DNA of 64,000 bases from Flavobacteriales bacterium. Lineage in GTDB: Bacteria; Bacteroidota; Bacteroidia; Flavobacteriales_F; PHOS-HE28. Shown piece after piece: positions 1 through 9,855 of the stretch (the stretch's first letter is position 1; each line of letters opens with the position of its first letter). A program made the position numbers and the translations under genes. Under the pieces are notes generated by a model. It saw nothing but the letters and a program-made list of their open reading frames with translations, had not been told where the DNA came from and made no database searches. The stretch covers positions 6,132 to 70,131 of the forward strand of contig JBKDXR010000016.1 in the NCBI GenBank assembly GCA_046306055.1. The letters run 5' to 3'.

Positions 1-1188
1 CGAATTGGCCGTGCTGGTAATGATCACATGCTGCCCGGGACCCAGGGCATACGAGGGCAGTGTGGCCGTACTGGTACCATCGGTGAATTTCCATCCGGCC
101 AGATCGAAGGTCTTGCTGGTGGTGGTGTTAAAGAGCTCAACGAACTCGGCATCCGGCAGGCCTACTGCGGGCGAAGGGTCGGCCATGATCTCGTTGATGA
201 CCACGTCGCGGAACACCGCCACCTCAGGCACCACCCATGAAAAGTCCGTTGAGGCATTGCCCGCGGCGTTGCCGCTGAGGTCCAGTGCCCCGCTCGACAG
301 CAGACCGTACGTGATGTTTCCGGTCAGCGCGATGGCCGGGGTCACATGCACCAGGGTGGGGTCGGCCCCGTCAAAGGCGGCACCGCTCACGCCGATGAAG
401 GGAATGATATCGTAGTTGCCGATCGCCGCAACGTTCACTGGTTCGCTATACACCACATCCACGTTGGTGGCACTGGTGGCCGTTACGCTCACGATCGCAG
501 GTGGTGTCAGGTCCACGGGTATGCTTCCCACCACAAAGTCATCGAAGTAGTGGTTGTTGATCGGTCCTGCGGCACTGCTTTGCTCGATTCGGATACCGAA
601 ATGGGCGCTGGTTGCCACGCCCGCGTCGACCACGGGACCCACACCAGCAAAGGTCCCGGTGTTGCCATCATCGAAAAGCAGGGTCCACGCCAGTTCGGCG
701 GTGCGTTCCACACGGATCCGGAACGGGTTGCTTGAACCGCTGTTCACGATACCGTCCGTGGTCACCAGCACCGAGGTGTTCACACCGGCCACGCGCTTGA
801 ACAGTTCCACACGGTCCGCCGTGCCACCCACACGCACGAACCAGCCGTTCTGTGCAAGCGACAGGTCCCCGTTGTCGGCCATCAGGTACACGTCCACATA
901 GTTGGCACCGCTGGTGGAGAACCGCAGGTCCATGAACCACTCCCACCGCGCATCGCTGGCCAGTGTGCTCGGTGTGCTCAAGTAATAATTGGCGGCACCC
1001 GGACTATTACTGCGCAATATGAGGTTACCGCCTTGGTCCACCACGGTGAACAGGGACGTACTGCCGCTCCACGCAGGCGCACTGGTGAACTCGCCATCCT
1101 CCAGGTCATCGGTGAACTGGGCCACAGCGCACACCGGCAACAGCACGGCGAGCAGGAGGTACAAGCGGATGAACAGGAAGCGTTTCAT
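1..1188 (-). CDS. secreted lamin-tail-domain (LTD) protein, N-terminal 396 codons; C-terminus lies beyond the window start
   Basis: ATG at 1188-1186 on the minus strand; Sec-type signal MKRFLFIRLYLLLAVLLPVCAVAQ; LTD-like motif VVINEIMADPSP..EFVELFNTT translated from the first 200 nt; frame stays open to position 1. Confidence 0.7.
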   Translation of the reverse strand, partial: MKRFLFIRLYLLLAVLLPVCAVAQFTDDLEDGEFTSAPAWSGSTSLFTVVDQGGNLILRSNSPGAANYYLSTPSTLASDARWEWFMDLRFSTSGANYVDVYLMADNGDLSLAQNGWFVRVGGTADRVELFKRVAGVNTSVLVTTDGIVNSGSSNPFRIRVERTAELAWTLLFDDGNTGTFAGVGPVVDAGVATSAHFGIRIEQSSAAGPINNHYFDDFVVGSIPVDLTPPAIVSVTATSATNVDVVYSEPVNVAAIGNYDIIPFIGVSGAAFDGADPTLVHVTPAIALTGNITYGLLSSGALDLSGNAAGNASTDFSWVVPEVAVFRDVVINEIMADPSPAVGLPDAEFVELFNTTTSKTFDLAGWKFTDGTSTATLPSYALGPGQHVIITSTANS

Positions 1189-1249
1189 GCCCGGCTCAAG
1201 GGCCTGAAAGGTAGTACTTTCGGCTCCCGTTGAACGATCACCATAGAGC

Positions 1250-2245
1250 ATGAAAGTCGCTGTTGTCGGGGCCACCGGACTGGTGGGCGGGGTCATGTTG
1301 AAGGTCCTGGAGGAGCGCGGTCTCCCCATATCGGAACTACTGCCTGTGGCCACCGCGAAGAGCGTGGGCAGTACCATTTCGTTCAAGGGCAAGGACATCG
1401 TGATCATCGGCATGGAAGAGGCCATTGCTCGGCGACCGGACGTTGCGCTCTTTTCCGCCGGCGGGAGCACTTCGCTGGAGTGGGCACCACGCTTCGCTGA
1501 AGTGGGCTGCACAGTGATCGATAATAGCAGCGCGTGGCGCATGGAGCCCGACAAGCCACTGGTGGTGCCCGAAGTGAACGGCCACCTGCTCACGGCCAAC
1601 GACCGGATCATCGCGAACCCCAATTGCAGCACCATCCAATTGGTGATGGCCCTGGCCCCTCTGCATGCCGTGTTCGGTGTGGAACGTGTGGTGGTGAGCA
1701 CCTACCAGGCCGTAACGGGCACCGGTATGAAGGCCGTGCAGCAGCTGGAGAACGAGCGCATGGGCATCAAGGGCGACATGGCCTATCCCTTCCCCATCGA
1801 CCGCAACGTGATCCCACGCTGCGATGTGTTCACGGACAATGGCTACACCAAGGAAGAGATGAAGCTGGTGAACGAGACCCGGAAGATCCTCGACCCGGCG
1901 ATCCGTGTAACGGCCACTGCGGTACGCGTTCCTGTCACGGGCGGCCACAGCGAATCGGTCAACATTGAGTTCGCGCGTGAGTTCGAGCTGGAGGCCGCAC
2001 GCGACCTGCTTCGCGCAGCACCGGGCGTCCTGCTATTGGACGATCCAGCGCACGACAGCTACCCCATGCCCATCATCGCCGAAGGCCGCGACGAGGTCTT
2101 CGTGGGTCGCCTGCGCCGAGATGAGACGCAGCCACGAACGCTCAACCTGTGGATCGTGGCCGACAACCTGCGCAAAGGGGCCGCCACCAATGCCGTACAG
2201 ATCGCCGAACTGTTGATGCGCGCCGGACACCTCGGCGGCCAGTAG
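1250..2245 (+). CDS. asd: aspartate-semialdehyde dehydrogenase
   Basis: 331 aa; MKVAVVGATGLVGG Rossmann motif, NPNCSTIQ active-site region, full-length match to the Asd family. Confidence 0.93.
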   Translation: MKVAVVGATGLVGGVMLKVLEERGLPISELLPVATAKSVGSTISFKGKDIVIIGMEEAIARRPDVALFSAGGSTSLEWAPRFAEVGCTVIDNSSAWRMEPDKPLVVPEVNGHLLTANDRIIANPNCSTIQLVMALAPLHAVFGVERVVVSTYQAVTGTGMKAVQQLENERMGIKGDMAYPFPIDRNVIPRCDVFTDNGYTKEEMKLVNETRKILDPAIRVTATAVRVPVTGGHSESVNIEFAREFELEAARDLLRAAPGVLLLDDPAHDSYPMPIIAEGRDEVFVGRLRRDETQPRTLNLWIVADNLRKGAATNAVQIAELLMRAGHLGGQ

Positions 2246-2314
2246 GTCAACACGTCCACAATACACCGGCGGCCGCTTCGTTCATAGGCCACCATCACCA
2301 TATGCGTAACGACC

Positions 2315-3205
2315 ATGAGAACAGCCCCCCTCCTCGTCGGCACCCTGTTGTTCAACGCATTAATGGCCCAGGACACCGATAGGCCACCCACAGCGCTCGG
2401 GCATGCTTATGTGGCCGGTGGTGCCTTTTTCGCTGGTGAGAGCAACTTGTTCCCGCAGGACATCACCCGCATCACCGCGGGTTCAACCCTGTTCAGGGGC
2501 GACCTGAGCGGTTACACCAATTACGACTACTACAGCTACCCCTTCGAAATGGGGGCCGGGTTGTTCACCGGAGGCCTCAGCATACACCCGTTGCGTCGCG
2601 CCAATGCACCCGGACCGGAACTGCGCCTGGGCTTTCTGTACGGCGGACGTACCGGCAGTAGCGGCTACTACAGCCGTGTGGAGACCAGCCCATACGACAC
2701 GCTGACCTCCAGCCAGACCGGCGACATGTATTACGTGGATTCCGTGTGGGGAAGCAGCTACTACATCGCACAGACCTATGAACGCCTGGGGCTTGATGCT
2801 GCGCTCGTGTGGCATACACAAGGCCGCTGGAGCATACACGCCGGTGCCGGGCTCATGGCCGGCGTGCTCGCCAATATGCGCACCACCATCCAATACGACG
2901 AGTTCAGTAGCGTGACAGCTGCAAACACCAATTCGTCATCCGGCAGTACTTATGCCTACGGCTACTACGGGATGGGTGACTACTCTTCCTCCACCGAGAC
3001 CCTGCAACGCGGCACCGGGTGGTGGACCAGCCTGTACATCCCCTTGGGCCTGGACTTCCGCTTCGGCCGCACAGGCGACTTCTGGACCCGTGTGCATGCC
3101 TTCATGGAATTGCGGCCACAGCTGGTGGTCCAACACACTGCCGATCTGGGCACCCGTACCAGTTTCGGCACACAGAGCTTGTTCGGGTTTCGGTTCAGGC
3201 TTTAA
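2315..3205 (+). CDS. secreted protein, probable outer-membrane beta-barrel
   Basis: signal peptide MRTAPLLVGTLLFNALMAQ; Gly/Tyr/Ser-rich with alternating hydrophobic pattern; C-terminal ...FGFRFRL ending in an aromatic/hydrophobic residue typical of OMPs. Confidence 0.55.
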   Translation: MRTAPLLVGTLLFNALMAQDTDRPPTALGHAYVAGGAFFAGESNLFPQDITRITAGSTLFRGDLSGYTNYDYYSYPFEMGAGLFTGGLSIHPLRRANAPGPELRLGFLYGGRTGSSGYYSRVETSPYDTLTSSQTGDMYYVDSVWGSSYYIAQTYERLGLDAALVWHTQGRWSIHAGAGLMAGVLANMRTTIQYDEFSSVTAANTNSSSGSTYAYGYYGMGDYSSSTETLQRGTGWWTSLYIPLGLDFRFGRTGDFWTRVHAFMELRPQLVVQHTADLGTRTSFGTQSLFGFRFRL

Positions 3206-3228
3206 GCCTGTCGTGATCAGATCAGCTG

Positions 3229-3888
3229 CTATGGCGTTTCCGCAGCCGGGGGAACAGCCCCTTCGGTCACTGGCGATACAGCTTGCTCCCCGGGCGTTGC
3301 CGGATGGGGCCGCTGCACCAGGATGAAGAGCGCCACACCGACCGTGATGGCCGCATCCGCAATGTTGAAGACCGGCCGGAAGAAGACCATATGCTCTCCA
3401 CCCCAGAACGGCATCCATTCGGGAAGGCGGCCTTCCCACAGCGGGAAATAGAACATGTCCACCACGGCACCATGCAACAGCGGCGCATAACCGCCACCGG
3501 GAGGAAGGAAAATGGCGCGACGGAACGGCGTGCTCTCACTGAACAACACACCGTAGAAGGTGCTGTCAATGATGTTGCCCAGCGCTCCGGCGAAGATCAG
3601 CGCCACGCTGAACACCAGCATGCGGCTGGCGCCTGTCCGTGTCATTTTCACCAAGGCATAGCCGATGCCGGCCACGGCCACAATACGCAGCAGGGTCAAC
3701 AGCAATTTGCCCCATTCGCCACCGAACTCCAGACCGAAGGCCATGCCCCGGTTCTCGATGAAGTGCAGGAACGCATGGTTCCCGAAAAGGGGGATCGCCG
3801 TGTCGTAAAGGAACGTGAGCTTCACCCACACCTTCAGCGCCTGATCGGCGAGCAACACCGATAGGATGACGGCCAGTGCGCGCTTCAA
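3229..3888 (-). CDS. lspA: lipoprotein signal peptidase II
   Basis: 219 aa polytopic protein with conserved FNIADAAI motif; sits downstream of ileS and the dksA-like gene, the conserved Bacteroidota arrangement. Confidence 0.85.
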   Translation of the reverse strand: MKRALAVILSVLLADQALKVWVKLTFLYDTAIPLFGNHAFLHFIENRGMAFGLEFGGEWGKLLLTLLRIVAVAGIGYALVKMTRTGASRMLVFSVALIFAGALGNIIDSTFYGVLFSESTPFRRAIFLPPGGGYAPLLHGAVVDMFYFPLWEGRLPEWMPFWGGEHMVFFRPVFNIADAAITVGVALFILVQRPHPATPGEQAVSPVTEGAVPPAAETP

Positions 3889-3919
3889 GTTCGTCGGTTG
3901 ACGGTCCGAAAGGAAGGGC

Positions 3920-4954
3920 TCAGTTGCCCATCTGCTGCTTGGCCTCGATGCTCAACGTGGCATGGGGGACCAGGCGCAAACGCTCCTTGCTGATCAGGCG
4001 ACCGGTAACGCGGCAGATGCCGTAGGTCTTGTTGCGGATCCGCAGCAGTGCGTCCTCCAGGTGCTTGATGAACTTCTCCTGACGGGCGGCCAGCTGCGCG
4101 GTCTCTTCACGGCTCAGCGTCTCGCTGCCGTCCTCGATCATCTTGAACGAGGGACTGGTGTCGTCGGTGCCGTTATTGTCCGTGTTCGCCAGGGTCTGTT
4201 TCAGCAGGTCGTAGTCCTTGCGGGCCTCTTCCAGCTTCTTCATGATCAGCTCCTTGAACTCGGACAGCTCATCATCGGAGTAGCGGGTCTTGTCGGCGCT
4301 CTCCAGGGTCGAAACCTGCTTCTTCACCACGGGCGGGGCCACAGGGCGGTTGGGGGCCACCACCTGGGTGACCAGCGGCTGTTTGGACGAGAGGGCGGGG
4401 GTCTCCTTGGTCTCCTTCTTCACGGGGGCTTGCTTCACGGGTTTCGGGGCGGGGGCCGGTTTCTCGGCCTTGGGCGCGGGGGGCACTACTTTGGGAGCTG
4501 GTTTGACCTCCACCTTCTTCGCAGGTGCAGGCTTCGCCGGGGCGACCACTTTCTTGGCCACGGGCTTGGCTGGCGCCTTGGGGGCGACCTTCTTGGCCAC
4601 GGGCTTTTGCACCTTCTTCGGGGCGGCTTTTTTCACCACCACGGGCTTGGCCTGTTTGGCGGTCTTTTTAGCCACGGGCTTGGCAGCGACCTTCTTGGGG
4701 GCCGGCTTCACCACCTTTTTGGCCACCACCTTCTTCGCGGGGGCCTTCTTCACTGGTTTCGCAGGCTTTGCGGCCTTTTTAGCGGCGGGTTTCGCCGCGA
4801 CCTTCGCCTTGGCCACCACCTTCTTGACAGCAGGTTTCGCCTTGGCCGGCTTGACCGGCTTTTTGGCAGCGGCCTTCACCACTTTCTTGGGTGCAGGTTT
4901 CGCAACCTTTTTAGCGGGCTTGGCAGCCTTCTTGGGAGCGGGTTTCTTGGCCAT
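3920..4954 (-). CDS. TraR/DksA-family regulator with ~230-aa N-terminal Lys/Ala/Pro-rich histone-H1-like extension
   Basis: C-terminal 125 aa (YSDDELSEFKELI...NKTYGICRVTGRLISKERLRLVPHATLSIEAK) match the short Bacteroidota DksA/TraR proteins found between ileS and lspA; N-terminal ~230 aa are AKKPA/KKVA/KPAPKK repeats. Start set at MAKKPAPKK (ATG 4954-4952); an upstream in-frame ATG at 4984 is also possible. Confidence 0.8.
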   Translation of the reverse strand: MAKKPAPKKAAKPAKKVAKPAPKKVVKAAAKKPVKPAKAKPAVKKVVAKAKVAAKPAAKKAAKPAKPVKKAPAKKVVAKKVVKPAPKKVAAKPVAKKTAKQAKPVVVKKAAPKKVQKPVAKKVAPKAPAKPVAKKVVAPAKPAPAKKVEVKPAPKVVPPAPKAEKPAPAPKPVKQAPVKKETKETPALSSKQPLVTQVVAPNRPVAPPVVKKQVSTLESADKTRYSDDELSEFKELIMKKLEEARKDYDLLKQTLANTDNNGTDDTSPSFKMIEDGSETLSREETAQLAARQEKFIKHLEDALLRIRNKTYGICRVTGRLISKERLRLVPHATLSIEAKQQMGN

Positions 4955-5003
4955 GGCGAACCGGGTATTTTTCAGGATCCGCAAATATAGGCGGAATGCC
5001 CCG

Positions 5004-8000
5004 TCAATTCACGCTCCTGAGCAAGCTGAGCACGGCGGTCGAGGTTCCGTCGAGGTCCACCTCGTGCAACCCCGGGCCTTCGGCCGGGAGCGCCTTTACA
5101 AGCACTTGGTCCTCAGGGGTTATGGCCAGCGTTTCAGCCAAAATGTAGGAAGCGTGGTTCCGGACGGCATGCACCAACCGGGCATCCCCGCTGTCCAGCA
5201 CATGCAGTTGAACCCGGTCGGTCACCTCGAAGCCGCTCTCCTTCCTCAGGGTCTGGATCCGGCTCACCAATTCGCGGGCGATGCCCTCCTGTACCAGCTC
5301 ATCGTTGAGCGTAATGTCCAAGGCAACGGTCACGGGTCCATCGCTGGCCACACTGAGGCCAGGAACGGTCTCGGCGCTGATCTCCACATCATCGCGTAGC
5401 AGCTCCACCTCCTGGCCTTCCACGGTGAGCTTCATGCTCCCCTTCGCCTCCAGCGCAGCGATCTGTGCCTGATCAAAAGCGGTCACTGCCGCGGCCACCG
5501 TCTTCATCAGCTTGCCCATGCGCGCACCCAGCTTGGGGAAGATGGGCTTGATCTTCTTGGTGAGCTTGCTTTCGCTGGCATCGAGGATCACCAGCTCCTT
5601 GACGTTCACCTCGCTCAGCACCAGGTCGCGGATGGCCTCCAAGCGCGTGCGCATCGCAGCGTCTGTCACGGGCACCAGCATCTTCTGCAAGGGTTGGCGT
5701 ACGCGGTGGCCTTCCTTCTTGCGGATGCTGAGCACCAACGATGTCAACTTCTGAGCCAGCGCGGTGCGCTGCTCAAGCTCCATGTCGATGGCACGCTCGT
5801 CGTGCTTCGGCCAATCGCTGAGGTGTACCCCCTCGACTCCGCTCGGGGTGCCAGCATGCAGGTCGCGGTACAGGCGGTCGCTGAAAAAGGGCGCGATGGG
5901 CGCGCTGAGCATCGCGATCACTTCGAGGCAACGGTGCAGCGTTCGGAACGCGGCGTTCTTATCGGCGCCCAGGTCGCCCTTCCAGAAGCGGCGGCGGTTC
6001 AGGCGCACATACCAGTTGCTGAGGTCCTCCACCACGAAGTCCTGGATGGCGCGCGCAGCGATGGTGGGCTCGTAGTCGGCGAAGCTCGCATCGGCCAGTT
6101 TCAGCACGCTGTTGAGGCGTGAGAGGATCCAGCGGTCGCTCTCGGTGAGCGTCGCATCGCCCGTGCCATCGAATCCATCGATGTTGGCGTAGAGCGCAAA
6201 GAAGTTGTAGGTGTTGAAGAGCGCCCGGAAGAATTTGCGCTGCACCTCGGTGATGCCCTCCGCGTCGAACTTCAGGTTGTCCCAGGGCGAGGCGTTGCTG
6301 ATCATGTACCAGCGTACGGCATCGGCGCCGTATTGGTCCAGCGTCTTGAAGGGGTCCACCGCGTTGCCCAAGCGCTTGCTCATCTTCTGGCCCACCTTGT
6401 CGAGCACCAGGCCGTTGCTCACCACGGTCTTGTAGGCGACACTATCCTGCGTGAGCGTGGCGATGGCGTGCAGGGTGTAGAACCAGCCGCGCGTTTGATC
6501 GACACCTTCGGCGATGAAGGCGGCTGGGAACTTCTCCTTGAAGGTCGATCCGTTCTCGAAGGGGTAGTGCCACTGCGCGTACGGCATGGCGCCGCTGTCG
6601 AACCACACGTCGATGAGGTCCGTTTCGCGGTGCATGGGCTTGCCGCCGGGGCTCACCAGCACGATGTGGTCCACGTACGGACGATGGATGTCGATGCGGT
6701 CGTAGTTGGCATCGCTCATGTCGCCGGGCACGAAGGCGGCGTAAGGGTCGGCCGCCATCACGCCGGCCTTCACGGAGCGGGCGATCTCCTCCTTCAATTG
6801 CTGCAACGAACCGATGCACAATTCCTCATCACGGTCGGCCGTGCGCCAGATGGGCAGCGGAATGCCCCAGTAGCGTGATCGCGAGAGGTTCCAATCCTGC
6901 AGGTTCTCCAACCAATTGCCGAAGCGGCCGGTGCCGGTGCTCTCGGGCTTCCAGGTGATGGTCTTGTTGAGCGCGATGAGCCGGTCCTTTTTCGCGGTCA
7001 CCCGCACGAACCAGCTGTCGAGCGGATAGTACAGCACGGGTTTGTCGGTGCGCCAACAGTGCGGGTAGTTGTGCTCGTACTTCTCCACCTTGAAGGCGCG
7101 GCCCTCGGTCTTCAGCTTGATGGCGATGCGCTCGTCCACGCTGAGGTACTTGTCGCGGCCCTGCTTCTTCGCCTCGGCCGCCTGCTCCTCCGCGCTGAGG
7201 TATTCGGCCTTCACGTACTCGCCAGCGAAGTCGGTCACTTCGGGCTTGAAGCGGCCGCGCAGGTCCACCAGGGTGAGCGAACCGATGTTGTGTTGGCGCG
7301 CCACGCGCTGGTCATCCGCACCGAAGCTGGGTGCCGTGTGTACCACACCCGTACCGTCCTCGGTGGTGACGAAATCGCCGCCGATCACCTTGAAGGCATC
7401 GCCGCCTTCGGGAGTGGCGTAGGGGAGGAGCTGTTCGTAACGGACGCCTTCCAGCTGGTGGCCGTAGAATTCGATGTCAATGCTCCAGGGAATGTGCTTC
7501 CCGTCCTTCTTGTACTCATCGAACGAGGTATCCTTGTGCTCCTCTTTGAAGTAGGCGTTCAGCCTGGACTTCGCCAATACCACGGTCTGCGGCGCGTGCG
7601 TGTAGGGGTTGAAGGTCTTCACGCGCACATAATCCAGCTTGGGCCCCACGGTGAGCGCGCAGTTGCTGGGCAGGGTCCACGGCGTGGTCGTCCAGGCCAG
7701 GATGAAGACATCACCGAAGGCGTCCGTGAAGAGCCACTCGCTCACGGCATCGCGCTTCACCTTGAACTGCGCCACCACGCTGGTGTCCTTCACCGGCTTG
7801 TAGGTGCCGGGTTGGTTCAGTTCGTGGCTGCTGAGCCCCGTGCCCGCCGCAGGGCTGTAGGGCTGGATGGTGTAGCCCTTGTACAGCAGGTCCTGGTCGT
7901 AGAGCTGCTTCAGCAGGTGCCACACGCTCTCGATGTACTTCGTGTGATACGTGACGTAGGGATGATCCAGGTCCAGCCAGAAGCCGATGCGCTTGGTGAG

Positions 8001-8405
8001 GTCGTTCCACACATCGGTGTAGCGCATCACGGCCTTCCTGCACGCGGCGTTGTACTGTTCGATGCTGATGGTCTTGCCGATGTCCTCCTTGGTGATGCCG
8101 AGCTCCTTCTCCACACCGAGCTCGATGGGCAGACCGTGGGTGTCCCAGCCGGCCTTGCGGTCCACGCGGTGGCCCTTCTGCGTCTGGTAACGGCAGAAGA
8201 TGTCCTTGATGGTGCGCGCCATCACGTGGTGGATGCCCGGCAGGCCGTTGGCGCTGGGCGGCCCTTCGTAGAACACGAAGGGCGGTGCGTCCTTGCGCAG
8301 CTCCAGGCTGCGGCCGAAGGTGTCCTCGGCCTCCCATTGCTTTAACACCTCTTCGGCGACCTTGGGCAGGTCGAGCTCATCATACTGCGGGAAACGCTTG
8401 TCCAT
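5004..8405 (-). CDS. ileS: isoleucyl-tRNA synthetase (type 2, ~1130 aa)
   Basis: 1133 aa; HIGH-class motif PSANGLPGIHHV, KMSKRLGN (KMSKS) motif, full-length class I aaRS architecture. Confidence 0.97.
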   Translation of the reverse strand: MDKRFPQYDELDLPKVAEEVLKQWEAEDTFGRSLELRKDAPPFVFYEGPPSANGLPGIHHVMARTIKDIFCRYQTQKGHRVDRKAGWDTHGLPIELGVEKELGITKEDIGKTISIEQYNAACRKAVMRYTDVWNDLTKRIGFWLDLDHPYVTYHTKYIESVWHLLKQLYDQDLLYKGYTIQPYSPAAGTGLSSHELNQPGTYKPVKDTSVVAQFKVKRDAVSEWLFTDAFGDVFILAWTTTPWTLPSNCALTVGPKLDYVRVKTFNPYTHAPQTVVLAKSRLNAYFKEEHKDTSFDEYKKDGKHIPWSIDIEFYGHQLEGVRYEQLLPYATPEGGDAFKVIGGDFVTTEDGTGVVHTAPSFGADDQRVARQHNIGSLTLVDLRGRFKPEVTDFAGEYVKAEYLSAEEQAAEAKKQGRDKYLSVDERIAIKLKTEGRAFKVEKYEHNYPHCWRTDKPVLYYPLDSWFVRVTAKKDRLIALNKTITWKPESTGTGRFGNWLENLQDWNLSRSRYWGIPLPIWRTADRDEELCIGSLQQLKEEIARSVKAGVMAADPYAAFVPGDMSDANYDRIDIHRPYVDHIVLVSPGGKPMHRETDLIDVWFDSGAMPYAQWHYPFENGSTFKEKFPAAFIAEGVDQTRGWFYTLHAIATLTQDSVAYKTVVSNGLVLDKVGQKMSKRLGNAVDPFKTLDQYGADAVRWYMISNASPWDNLKFDAEGITEVQRKFFRALFNTYNFFALYANIDGFDGTGDATLTESDRWILSRLNSVLKLADASFADYEPTIAARAIQDFVVEDLSNWYVRLNRRRFWKGDLGADKNAAFRTLHRCLEVIAMLSAPIAPFFSDRLYRDLHAGTPSGVEGVHLSDWPKHDERAIDMELEQRTALAQKLTSLVLSIRKKEGHRVRQPLQKMLVPVTDAAMRTRLEAIRDLVLSEVNVKELVILDASESKLTKKIKPIFPKLGARMGKLMKTVAAAVTAFDQAQIAALEAKGSMKLTVEGQEVELLRDDVEISAETVPGLSVASDGPVTVALDITLNDELVQEGIARELVSRIQTLRKESGFEVTDRVQLHVLDSGDARLVHAVRNHASYILAETLAITPEDQVLVKALPAEGPGLHEVDLDGTSTAVLSLLRSVN

Positions 8406-8476
8406 CGCGGCTTTCTAAGGGGCCGTGCCTTCCGGCAGGCGGGCCGCAAAGATAGCGGGACGGACCCGGACCGGCC

Positions 8477-9055
8477 TTAGTGCATACAGCCTTGATAGAG
8501 CCTTGCGCGAACCCGGTAGGCCCGTGGCATGAGCATACGCACACGCCGCAACGCCGAGTCGGCCTGCTGATCACCGGACCATAGGCCAGTGATCAACGCC
8601 ATGGTCCCGGGCACTGCCGTCGTATCATACTGATCGAGGTACTCGATACTGAGCGTATTGCCCTCAAAGCGCCGTGGAAAGTACTGACCGGCATACAGTT
8701 CATCCTCGTCATCAATGGGCAAGAGGATGGAGTCGCGGACCGGGTCGTAATATCTTCCCATGGTGTCGATATCAGCCTGTATCAGGGAAGCGAGCCTTTG
8801 CATGTGCCGATCAAGTACGGCATAACTGTGACCCGTATCCGCAATGACCACGAACAGATCCACTACGGCATCGTCCGGTTCCCATGCTGCGACCGTACCC
8901 TCGATCGCATCTGCACCCAACGTGTCCTGCTCGTTGCTGACCATCGGTTCGGACCCCGGGGAGGTGACCGTGGTATGACACCCACTGAAGAGCGCAAGAA
9001 GCCCGCTCAATAACAGGACCGGGATCGATAGCCTCTTCTCACGACCCCTCATCAC
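8477..9055 (-). CDS. hypothetical lipoprotein
   Basis: signal peptide plus lipobox LLALFSGC; overlaps the next gene by 4 nt (operon); no recognisable domain. Confidence 0.5.
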   Translation of the reverse strand: MMRGREKRLSIPVLLLSGLLALFSGCHTTVTSPGSEPMVSNEQDTLGADAIEGTVAAWEPDDAVVDLFVVIADTGHSYAVLDRHMQRLASLIQADIDTMGRYYDPVRDSILLPIDDEDELYAGQYFPRRFEGNTLSIEYLDQYDTTAVPGTMALITGLWSGDQQADSALRRVRMLMPRAYRVRARLYQGCMH

Positions 9056-9828
9056 CCCTTGAACCGCACCATCACCGTGTTGCCCTTCTCCTCGCGGCGG
9101 GTCTCCAGAATGTCCTTCAGGGCGTTCACGAGCGAGGAGAGGGAGGCGTGGCCGTAACTGCGCGGATCGAAACCGGGGTCCAATCGGCGCAGGGCCTGAC
9201 CGATGAGGCTGAGCGAGGCCTCTTCCTCTTCGCCTTTGGCGATGTTGAAGGCCTTGCGCAGCTTGCGGATCAGGTCGCCGTTCTGGGAGAGCTTCACCGG
9301 CTGGGCTTTCGCCGTGGAGGCGGTGCGCCTGGTACCTGATCGGGCACCGGTACCAGAGGATGTGGCTGCTGCGCCCACGGGTTCCTGCACATCCAGGTTC
9401 TCCACATAAATGAAGCGCTCGCAGGCCTTCACGAAGGCGTCCGGGGTCTTCTTCTCACCGACGCCCATCACGAAGAGGCCGCTCTCGCGAAGCCGGGTGG
9501 CCAATCGCGTATAATCGCTGTCGCTGCTCACGATGCAGAAGGCGTCGACCAGTTCGCCGTGAAGGATGTCCATGGCATCGATGATCAGCGCGCTGTCCGT
9601 GCTGTTCTTTCCCTTGGTGTAGGCGAACTGCTGCACGGGCTGGATGGCGTTGCTGTTCAGCAGGTCCTTCCATCCGCTCATGCCCATGGTGGTCCAATCG
9701 CCGTAAATGCGACGGATGGTGATGGTGCCGGTCTTGCTTACCTCCTCCAGAATGGCAGCCAGGCGCTTGGGCGCTGCGTTATCGCCATCGATCAGTAGCG
9801 CGATCGTAGTGTCGTTGATCTTCTTCAT
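9052..9828 (-). CDS. NYN-domain (LabA-like) protein with C-terminal OST-HTH/LOTUS domain
   Basis: N-terminal TIALLIDGDN...CIVSSDSDYTRLATRLRESG matches the NYN/PIN-like nuclease fold; C-terminal ~70 aa (LIRKLRKAF...LSLIGQALRRL...LKDILE) is OST-HTH-like. Confidence 0.7.
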   Translation of the reverse strand: MKKINDTTIALLIDGDNAAPKRLAAILEEVSKTGTITIRRIYGDWTTMGMSGWKDLLNSNAIQPVQQFAYTKGKNSTDSALIIDAMDILHGELVDAFCIVSSDSDYTRLATRLRESGLFVMGVGEKKTPDAFVKACERFIYVENLDVQEPVGAAATSSGTGARSGTRRTASTAKAQPVKLSQNGDLIRKLRKAFNIAKGEEEEASLSLIGQALRRLDPGFDPRSYGHASLSSLVNALKDILETRREEKGNTVMVRFKG

Positions 9829-9855
9829 GCCGGGAACAAGGTAGCGCGTGATGCT

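Noticed and set aside
4265-4954. Periodic DNA repeats in the Lys/Ala-rich region, considered as a tandem-repeat or CRISPR-like array
   Set aside because: The periodicity comes from codon-level AKKPA repeats inside an ORF, with no spacer/repeat structure.
3962-4990. 342-aa plus-strand ORF (and many similar: 7059-8345, 10060-11133, 19169-20614, 23742-25589, 21502-22863, 55958-57616, 47158-48264 and others) antisense to or out of frame with strong genes
   Set aside because: At ~67% GC, stop codons are rare in all frames. These ORFs have Arg/Gly/His-rich low-complexity translations and no motifs, and they overlap well-supported genes, so they were treated as spurious.
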